Source: Clostridia bacterium (GTDB lineage: Bacteria; Bacillota; Clostridia; Christensenellales; UBA1242). Taken from it: a stretch of 64,000 nucleotides of DNA. The notes beneath the pieces were generated by a model that was not told the DNA's origin, did not search any database, and worked only from the letters and a program-made list of their open reading frames with translations. The position numbers and the translations under genes were made by a program. This document shows positions 8,872-16,259 of the stretch, in pieces (the first letter of the stretch is position 1; each line of letters opens with the position of its first letter). The stretch lies in NCBI GenBank assembly GCA_017531805.1, contig JAFXKG010000006.1:21395-85394 (forward strand). The letters are read 5' to 3'.

Positions 8872-9549
8872 ATGACTAAATTGAAATCTAAAAAGATGAC
8901 AAAGTCAACATTTGCTATCATCATAATGGCAATTGCAATGGTTGCTCTTATGGCATTTGGCGGCACTTATGCTTACTTTACTGCTACAACAGACAAGAAG
9001 TCTGTTACTGGTCTTTCAACAGGTACTGTTCACTTGACAGCATCTGCAATTGCAGCTTCTCCAGATGCAGCTACAATTGAAAACAACAAAGTTGTTCCAG
9101 GACAAAAAGTTGCTGGTAGAGTTACAATCGCTAACGCATCTGATGTAAGCACATATGTTTTTGTAAAAATTGTTGCTCAATTAGAAGGCGTTGATGCATC
9201 AAATCAAGTTACAGACGAAGATGACTTGGCAGAAGGCAAATATATGCTTGACTTTGCTGACGGTGTTGCTGGATCAGGTGAAGTTGCTAAAACATTAACT
9301 CAATATAATGACGGTTCTAAAGATATTGCTGGTGTTTATTACTTTGAAACTGCTCCAGCTGATGCAAACAAAACTTTAGCTATTTATGAAAGTGTTACTT
9401 TCAAAGCAATCAGCACAAGTACAGAAGCTACTGCTGGTACTTTGATGGGCAAAACTTTAACTCTTACATTTGCTACAGTTGCAATCCAAAAAGCCACTTT
9501 TGACACTGTTCAAGACGCTTACGCTGAAGTTTCTGCTAAATTAGCATAG
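8872..9549 (+). CDS. secreted TasA/camelysin-like protein with SipW-dependent-type signal peptide
   Basis: N-terminus KKMTKSTFAIIIMAIAMVALMAFGGTYAYFTATTD..TGTVHLTAS matches the SipW-cognate signal class (GGTxAYFTD..GT..L). RBS aaaagggg. The product is Ala/Thr/Val-rich. Confidence 0.7.
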   Translation: MTKLKSKKMTKSTFAIIIMAIAMVALMAFGGTYAYFTATTDKKSVTGLSTGTVHLTASAIAASPDAATIENNKVVPGQKVAGRVTIANASDVSTYVFVKIVAQLEGVDASNQVTDEDDLAEGKYMLDFADGVAGSGEVAKTLTQYNDGSKDIAGVYYFETAPADANKTLAIYESVTFKAISTSTEATAGTLMGKTLTLTFATVAIQKATFDTVQDAYAEVSAKLA

Positions 9550-9560
9550 TCATTTACAAA

Positions 9561-9617
9561 AAAATCTCTCTAGTGTTGGAGGCATATCAGTGCTCTCTTT
9601 AAGAGAGATTTTTTTAT
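9561..9617 (+). terminator. intrinsic terminator after the TasA-like gene
   Basis: AATCTCTC..GAGAGATT outer stem, or CTCTCT-tta-AGAGAG inner stem, followed by a T7 run. Confidence 0.7.
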
Positions 9618-9629
9618 ATTGTATAAGAA

Positions 9630-9705
9630 AATCATCATATCGTTCTTAGCGACTATAATGTCATTCTGAGCAACTATGGTGTCATTCTGAGCGAAGTCGA
9701 AGAAT
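9630..9705. repeat. three tandem 21-nt repeats plus a tail; a 27-nt part recurs at 9794-9820
   Basis: Units are aatcatcatatcgttcttagc / gactataatgtcattctgagc / aactatggtgtcattctgagc. GTGTCATTCTGAGCGAAGTCGAAGAAT (9679-9705) is repeated 27/27 at 9794-9820. Confidence 0.8.
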
Positions 9706-9844
9706 TTAAAAAGGAATATGTATTAAACTTGTTATATACGCAGTATGACAAACAAAGAAGTTTAAATAACTGCACTTCCTACAACAATGTGTAGTGTCAT
9801 TCTGAGCGAAGTCGAAGAATCTCAAAAAAATGATATAATACTTC

Positions 9845-9874
9845 AAAATAAAAATCCACCAGATTGTCTGGTGA
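9845..9874 (-). terminator. intrinsic terminator (minus strand)
   Basis: Stem CACCAG (9857-9862) / CTGGTG (9868-9873). A T-run follows on the minus strand. Confidence 0.7.
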
Positions 9875-9893
9875 ATTTATATTTAAAATTGAT

Positions 9894-10798
9894 TTATATC
9901 TCTAAAATCTTTAGGTCTTTGGTATCCTGAAAAACCAAATAGTATCCTTCGCTCAATGGGTCTTCTTTATCCAAAGGTAACCATTGATAGTGATTTCCAA
10001 GTTCTTCTGGTGCGGGGGTGTTGTAGTTGCATTTTGTTGCATAGCAAATATATTTCATAATATCTTGTTCGTATATTGCACCAATAGAGTATTGTTGTTG
10101 GTCTTCGGTTATTTTTACAAACTTAGAGTTTTGTAATAATTTGTTTAAATCTTCGTCTGCTGGATAATTTCAAACACATATTTAAATTGCGGTATAATGC
10201 TATCTAAAATTGAAGCCAATTTCTCTGCTTGATTTTGTGTTTCGTCTTGTTTTAAATCTTTTGTGGTATTTGTCAAAATATCGCAATCTTTTTTTGTTTC
10301 GGTTTCTTTTTCGGTTGTTTTTTGCAAGTGTAAATTTTGCTCAGAGTAAAAGTATTCTTTATATTTGCAATTTTTACATTTGTCGCAATCTTCACAAGTT
10401 GTTTCTGGTTGTATTGTTTCTTGTTGCTCAGCTTCGTCATCAGTAGCGGATTTTGTATCAAACACTGCCGTATCATTAAAATAGTATCCCGCATATGTAC
10501 CGCCCGCCAAAATTACATTATTGTTATTTTTTGTATCTATTATGGCACAGTAAAAATCAGCATCAATATCAAAGTCGCCAACAAAAGAACTTTCGTATTG
10601 TCCGCTTTTGTTAAGCAAATTTGCCGTAAAAACTTCCTTTTTGTGATAAATACCTAATTTGCAATATGCAGTTAGTTCTGCAGTGTTATAAAGACGCAGT
10701 TTGCATTTTAGCAAGTCGTCTTCTTGATAGAGTGTAAGGATGCCACGGCCATCATGCTCTTTGGCAATAGAAGATAAAATTAATGTTTTGCTTTTCAT
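9894..10798 (-). pseudogene. conserved hypothetical protein interrupted by a frameshift (217-aa N-terminal ORF plus ~87-aa C-terminal continuation)
   Basis: The N-terminal ORF stops at 10145-10147. The adjacent frame continues NYPADEDLNKLLQNSKFVKI...GYYLVFQDTKDLKILEI to the stop at 9894-9896. One extra A in the coding-strand run at 10168-10170 fuses the two as ...KYVFENYPADED... Confidence 0.6.
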
Positions 10799-11023
10799 AC
10801 AAATATTATATCAGTTTAATTTTTATCATATGACAAGAAATTTGTTGATATTAGCACCAAACTTAAAAATAATGACGAAATCTGCATAATTTTAAAAAAT
10901 CTTTTTGGCAATATAAATAGTTTATAATTGACATAAATTTTTAGGTGTGTTATTATTGTATGGAACAAATTGTTTGCTGTTATTTTTATTTGTATTAATG
11001 GCAATAATTAATGCGGAGATATC

Positions 11024-12334
11024 ATGAAAAAGTTTACTAGAATTTTATTATGTTTGGTTTTGTGCGTGTTCAGTGTCACCATGTTTGCTTGTCGTGACAA
11101 ACGCACTGATAAGGAAAAGGCCTTTACTTATCCTACAACAGGGGATATACATGCAGGTTTTAACGATGGCATGGCAGTGCAAAAAGGCAATTACTTATAT
11201 TTTGTAAATGGTTACATTTCTTCAACTGACAACACAAAACATATTAGATATGGCTCTTATCATGTTGGTGCGCTTATGCTTGCAAAGTTTGATCAAAATG
11301 GCAATCTTGTAACCAAAGGTAACGGCGCTATTGATGACCAATATTTGATTACTATGAGTGATAAATTAAGTGGTTTCCAAGCAACAAGCCTTTTTATTGC
11401 TGGCGATTATCTATATTTTACAAGCACTTGTCAAGAAGATGACAATAACGAAACTTGGGCACAAAATCGTGTTGACTTTAATCGTATCAAGTTGGATAAA
11501 ACTTCAGAGGTGGAAAGGATTTATCAATCAGAAGTTGACCACACAGTTGGAGATACATCTAATTTGGAATTTAGATTTTATAACACTTCTTTAATTGTAT
11601 GGGAAAAGGGCACTAACTCTGATGACAAAAAAGATGTTAAAACAAGCGTTTTGTATCATATCGATTTGTATTCTTTAAACAAAACAGAAGTGGCAAGAAA
11701 TGTTAAAACAGCTGTCTTTGGCGATAATGATGTTTTCTATGTTGTTGACAACAACTTAAACAGATTGCAATCAAATGGCACAAACTCAAATTTTGTCGGT
11801 TTTGATAGCGAAGTTAAGGTTGTAGATATTCAAAGTGATTATGTTTTTGCAGTTTACAATTCAGAATTAAAAAAATATAAAATATCAACAAAAACTGATA
11901 TGGGTACAGTGCTTTTAGATTATTCAACTTATGATAAGGTAGTTATAACACCTGATGCAAAAGTTGTTATTGCTATTGGCGATAATATTATAGAATATTT
12001 TGCAAATGGTTCTCTATTGGCTGACGATAGTTTTGTGGAAGACGAAGATACAGACAAAATCAACTTTATTGGCTTTGCAAATGGTTGTATCGTTTATTAT
12101 GATGATGAAAACACAATAAAAACAGTAAGTTATGCAGAACTTAGTTCAGATATAAACACTGTAATTGAGTTAGAAACAATGAAAACAAGCTATTTTGATA
12201 TTGATGGCAGTCATTTATATTATTACGACACAGTTGGCTCTAATGATTATTTGCATAGAGTAAAACTTGACGCAGTGTCACCAGAGGCACAATTGGTGGG
12301 AAGTTACTTACAAGTTGATATCCCTACAACATAA
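11024..12334 (+). CDS. lipoprotein, DUF5050-like beta-propeller repeats
   Basis: Signal peptide ending in the lipobox-like MFAC. Recurrent YLYFVNG / YLYFTS / HLYYYD motifs. Promoter TTGACA-17-TATTAT lies upstream. Confidence 0.5.
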   Translation: MKKFTRILLCLVLCVFSVTMFACRDKRTDKEKAFTYPTTGDIHAGFNDGMAVQKGNYLYFVNGYISSTDNTKHIRYGSYHVGALMLAKFDQNGNLVTKGNGAIDDQYLITMSDKLSGFQATSLFIAGDYLYFTSTCQEDDNNETWAQNRVDFNRIKLDKTSEVERIYQSEVDHTVGDTSNLEFRFYNTSLIVWEKGTNSDDKKDVKTSVLYHIDLYSLNKTEVARNVKTAVFGDNDVFYVVDNNLNRLQSNGTNSNFVGFDSEVKVVDIQSDYVFAVYNSELKKYKISTKTDMGTVLLDYSTYDKVVITPDAKVVIAIGDNIIEYFANGSLLADDSFVEDEDTDKINFIGFANGCIVYYDDENTIKTVSYAELSSDINTVIELETMKTSYFDIDGSHLYYYDTVGSNDYLHRVKLDAVSPEAQLVGSYLQVDIPTT

Positions 12335-12340
12335 CAAAAT

Positions 12341-12369
12341 AAAAACACCTAATTAATAGGTGTTTTTTG
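12341..12369. terminator. bidirectional intrinsic terminator
   Basis: Stem ACACCTA (12345-12351) / TAGGTGT (12357-12363) with a flanking A-run and T-run. Confidence 0.8.
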
Positions 12370-12391
12370 ATTGCTTATATTGATTTTTAAT

Positions 12392-13153
12392 TTATTTCTT
12401 TTTCTTTTGTTTAGATTTTTCAAATTGTATTTTAGCTTTGTCTGCTTTTGCTTTTTGTATTTGGTCGTATTGTTTTTGTGATAATTTTCTAGCAATCATA
12501 ATTTTTGTTTCGTTTGTTGGAGTAAGTTCTTTACAGTATCTTGTAAGTTTGCTTATTAAATCTTCAAAATTTTCATCAGTTTTTGTGGAACTATGTTGAT
12601 AGATTGTCAAAATGTTTGCGTTGACTTTTTGATTTAAATAATGATTAGTATAAACATCAGTGTCAAAAGAGTAGGTGATTTTAAGCCCTGTCATATTAAT
12701 ACTGCGATACTCTTTACTTGTTGTTTCAATCACATAAGCAACTTGCAACTTTCTCATCAAAAATTCTGGGTCAAAATTAATGGAAGACATAAACATTGCT
12801 TTAAAGTTGTCAATCAAAAATTCTTTGTGTCTTAAAATTTTGTCCATTGGTTTGATTTGTTTTGTAAAGTGTTTATAGTTTGTCCTTACATTGTATTTAA
12901 AAGACGAGTTGATTTTTTCAGTTGCCATGTTTAATTCACAAAATTTGCCAATTTGTGTTTTGTATAAAACAATGTTAGATTTTTCTAAATCGTGGTTAGG
13001 AGTGTCGTAATAAGTGAAGGTTTTTTTAATTGTCTCTTCATACTCCATATTGTATTTACCAAAAAATTCGTTTAACTCCAAAACCTTGTCTTTAGATTTT
13101 GCGTTAAACATTTCAAATCTGCGTTTTTGTCTAATGATATCTAATGGACGCAT
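12392..13153 (-). CDS. hypothetical protein, possibly CYTH-like
   Basis: RBS aaagggg. FTYYDTPNHDLEKSNIVLY and the C-terminal LTPTNETKIMIARKL are reminiscent of CYTH domains, but no EXEXK motif is visible. Confidence 0.3.
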   Translation of the reverse strand: MRPLDIIRQKRRFEMFNAKSKDKVLELNEFFGKYNMEYEETIKKTFTYYDTPNHDLEKSNIVLYKTQIGKFCELNMATEKINSSFKYNVRTNYKHFTKQIKPMDKILRHKEFLIDNFKAMFMSSINFDPEFLMRKLQVAYVIETTSKEYRSINMTGLKITYSFDTDVYTNHYLNQKVNANILTIYQHSSTKTDENFEDLISKLTRYCKELTPTNETKIMIARKLSQKQYDQIQKAKADKAKIQFEKSKQKKKK

Positions 13154-13246
13154 AATACCCCTTTATATATTATTAGTTTAGATAAATTTTGAAAAAAAAA
13201 CAACAAAAATGTGGCAATTTTTAAAATTAATTGATATAATTCTTGC

Positions 13247-14554
13247 ATGACTTTATATAATCAAATTTTTTTAGATAGAATGCAACATTTGTTGCGTAAA
13301 GATTATCAAGCTTTTTTAAAAAGTTTGGAAAGTGAAAACGAAAAAGCTATTTTTGTAAATCAAAATAAAATAAAAGTAGAAAACTTTAAAAATATTGTAG
13401 ATTTTGACATAAAACCTATCCCTTACGAAAAAGCGGGTTTCTATGTTGACAATCAAAAAAAAGGCAGACATCCACTTCATCATTGTGGTGCTTTTTATAT
13501 GCAAGAGCCAAGTGCTATGTTTACGGTAAACTGCATGCAATTTAAAGGCGACGAAAAGGTTTTAGATATGTGTGCTGCTCCTGGTGGCAAAACTATACAA
13601 CTTGCCAATCGTGTACCAAATGGAGTTGTTGTAAGCAACGAGTATAACAAAGCAAGAAGTGAAATTTTGTTTTCTAACATCGAACGCATGGGTTTAAAAA
13701 ATGTTATAATAACAAACGAAGACTCTAAAAATCTTGCCAAAGCATATTCTGGTTGTTTTGATGTTGTATTGGTAGATGCTCCTTGCAGTGGAGAAGGTAT
13801 GTTCAGAAAGGGTGCTGAAATTGTTGAACAATGGAGCCCTAATCATCCTATCATGTGTCAAGAAAGACAATTAGATATTTTACAATCAGCAGACAAAGTC
13901 TTAAAACAAGACGGTTATTTGATATATTCCACTTGTACATATTCTTTAGAAGAAAACGAGCAAGTTGTCAAACAATTTTTGCAAAATCATGATTATCAAC
14001 TGATTGATATTGATGCTCCCTTTACGCGTGGTGTAGATTTACCAGAAACAGTTAGGTTGTATCCGCATATAGTAAAAGGTGAGGGTCAATTTGTTGCATT
14101 GTTAAGAAAAAAATCACCTTCTTCAGAGCAAAACTATTCTAATGTAAAATTTAATGAAGATAAAAAAGCACAGGATTTTTTTGAAAAACATACAAAAAAC
14201 AAACAAAAATTGGTAAGTTTTAAAAATTTTGCATACTATGTTCCAGATTTATCATTAATAAAGAAAGATATTAACTATGTTTCTATTGGTGTAAGGATAG
14301 GAGAATCTAAACAAGCAAGGTTTGAACCGCATCACAATTTGTATACCGCCTTTGGTAATCAATTTGTAAATAAGTTAGAACTTGATTTTAACGATGCCAG
14401 ATTGACAAAATACCTTAAAGGCGAAACATTTGATGTTGATTTGCTGGAGGGGTATGGAGCAATTATTGTAAATGGATGTGCATTAGGTGGGTTTAAGATT
14501 AGTGCGAAAAAATTTAAAAATCATTACCCAAAAGGCTTAAGAAACTTTAAATAA
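13247..14554 (+). CDS. RsmB/RsmF-family rRNA cytosine-C5 methyltransferase
   Basis: SAM motif DMCAAPGGKT and catalytic motifs VLVDAPCSGEGMFRK and YSTCT. Confidence 0.85.
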   Translation: MTLYNQIFLDRMQHLLRKDYQAFLKSLESENEKAIFVNQNKIKVENFKNIVDFDIKPIPYEKAGFYVDNQKKGRHPLHHCGAFYMQEPSAMFTVNCMQFKGDEKVLDMCAAPGGKTIQLANRVPNGVVVSNEYNKARSEILFSNIERMGLKNVIITNEDSKNLAKAYSGCFDVVLVDAPCSGEGMFRKGAEIVEQWSPNHPIMCQERQLDILQSADKVLKQDGYLIYSTCTYSLEENEQVVKQFLQNHDYQLIDIDAPFTRGVDLPETVRLYPHIVKGEGQFVALLRKKSPSSEQNYSNVKFNEDKKAQDFFEKHTKNKQKLVSFKNFAYYVPDLSLIKKDINYVSIGVRIGESKQARFEPHHNLYTAFGNQFVNKLELDFNDARLTKYLKGETFDVDLLEGYGAIIVNGCALGGFKISAKKFKNHYPKGLRNFK

Positions 14555-14617
14555 TGGCATTTTTTTGCAAAAAATTTAATTTTTTTGGTTTTTTTATAAA
14601 AAATTTTAAAAAAGGTA

Positions 14618-14646
14618 TTGAAAATTTGCAGTTATTGCTGTATAAT
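14618..14646 (+). promoter_or_regulatory. sigma-70 promoter
   Basis: TTGAAA (14618-14623), 17-nt spacer, TATAAT (14641-14646). Confidence 0.55.
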
Positions 14647-14677
14647 AATCAAAACTTTTAATGTAAGGAGAGGAATT

Positions 14678-16087
14678 ATGCAAGCATGGATGGCATTTGT
14701 TAGCATTATCGCTATTGTGGCAATCGTTTTGGTTGCTGGTGGTTTGATTGCTTTTATCGGTCACATGATTATTGGTGCTTTTGATAAAGACAACAACAAA
14801 ACTCAAAAGAAGGCAGAAATTATCGATTATTCTGAATTTAAACAACTTGAAACTGCAAAAGTCCAAGAAGACAAAGAATATGATTTTGATGCTATTGATG
14901 AAGTTAAAGCAGAAAAGGAAAAAGAACTTCTTGAAGCTGAACTTGAAGAAGATGGTTTTAAACTTGACGAAACAATCGACGATGCTGATTTAGAAGAAAT
15001 TGAAAATCGTCTTAAAGAAGAAAACGAAAAGTCAGACGAAACCTTGGAAGAAGTTACAGAAGATATATCAGAAGTTGAAAATACCGTGGACGCTGAAGAA
15101 ACAACAGAAGTTGAAGCTGAAGAAACAGTAGAAACTGAACAAGATGCAGAAGAAATAATTGAAGAAGTTGAAGCAGAAGAAGTTGACGATATGGATATAG
15201 ATAATCTTCTTGAAGAAATTTCAGAAGAAACTATTGAAGAAGCAAAAACAGAATCTCAAGAAGAAAACGCTGTAGAAATGGATCCAGTTTTGATGAATTA
15301 TAGCATTGATGATTATCTTGATTCTGATAAAGAAGATGAAGTTGTTGAAGAAGTAGAAGAAATTGAAAACGACGAAGAAACACAAGAAGTTTCAGAAAGC
15401 ATTGAAGAAGAAGTTGAATCTGAAGAAATTGAAGAAGTTGAAGAAGAAACTGAAATTGCAGAAGAAATAGTAGAAGATCAAGACGACGAAGATGAAGGTG
15501 AAGAAATTGCACCTGAACTTATTGAAGAAAAATCAGAAGAACAAAAAGAAATTGAATCTTTAAAAGCTCAACTTGCAGAACTTAACAAAAAACTTGAAGA
15601 AGCTAGAAACAACAAAACAGAAGTTATATCAATTGATATGACTGAAGAAGAATGTGTTAACAGACTTGAAGTTTTGGAAGAAAGATTAAAAAATGTTAAA
15701 AAAGAATACAAAATCAACATGAAAGAATATCGTCCATTGAAAAAAGTAATGAACGATTTAGAAAAATATCAAACAAAATTAAGAAGAAAAGAAACAATCG
15801 TTGCTAAAAAGAAGGTTGCTTTGTATGGCGTAAACAACTATGTTGATATCGACAAAGAACGTGCAGAAAAACTTGCAAACGAACTTGAACTTCTTGATGG
15901 CTTGAGATTGAGTGTGAATCACTGCGAAGAAGTGATCAGTGCAAACAAAGATAGATTCCCAATCTTAGAACATACAAACAAGATTTTGGAAGATCAAATT
16001 GCTCACATCGAAGCAGATATTGCAACAACAACTGCAACACTTAACAAAATTCGTGAACAAAACGGAGAAGAAGGTTCTGAAGAATAA
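14678..16087 (+). CDS. membrane-anchored, extremely Glu/Asp-rich coiled-coil protein
   Basis: AAGGAGAGG RBS before the ATG at 14678; the track start at 14618 overlaps the promoter. One N-terminal TM helix, about 280 aa of E/D-rich low complexity, then a conserved-looking coiled-coil C-terminus. Confidence 0.6.
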   Translation: MQAWMAFVSIIAIVAIVLVAGGLIAFIGHMIIGAFDKDNNKTQKKAEIIDYSEFKQLETAKVQEDKEYDFDAIDEVKAEKEKELLEAELEEDGFKLDETIDDADLEEIENRLKEENEKSDETLEEVTEDISEVENTVDAEETTEVEAEETVETEQDAEEIIEEVEAEEVDDMDIDNLLEEISEETIEEAKTESQEENAVEMDPVLMNYSIDDYLDSDKEDEVVEEVEEIENDEETQEVSESIEEEVESEEIEEVEEETEIAEEIVEDQDDEDEGEEIAPELIEEKSEEQKEIESLKAQLAELNKKLEEARNNKTEVISIDMTEEECVNRLEVLEERLKNVKKEYKINMKEYRPLKKVMNDLEKYQTKLRRKETIVAKKKVALYGVNNYVDIDKERAEKLANELELLDGLRLSVNHCEEVISANKDRFPILEHTNKILEDQIAHIEADIATTTATLNKIREQNGEEGSEE

Positions 16088-16094
16088 GAAATTA

Positions 16095-16121
16095 ACACCC
16101 TGTCAAAAGGGTGTTTTTTCG
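16095..16121 (+). terminator. intrinsic terminator
   Basis: Stem ACACCC (16096-16101) / GGGTGT (16110-16115) followed by a T-run. Confidence 0.8.
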
Positions 16122-16259
16122 TGCTTTTTTTTGATCTTTTGTGTGCTATTTGTGTTCAGACAAGTGTTGAATTAGTTGCCAAAATTTCATATATTTGCTA
16201 AAATATTGTCAACTATATATTATATATCTAGTAATTAGCTTTTAAAAGGAATACATTTT

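Noticed and set aside
14618-14677. N-terminal extension of the acidic protein ORF (track start 14618).
   Set aside because: The extension overlaps the consensus promoter, and a strong RBS precedes the internal ATG at 14678.
14900-15520. GAA/GAT-rich DNA repetitiveness.
   Set aside because: This is low-complexity coding for the poly-E/D region, not a discrete DNA repeat element. The antisense ORF at 15231-15512 is a by-product.
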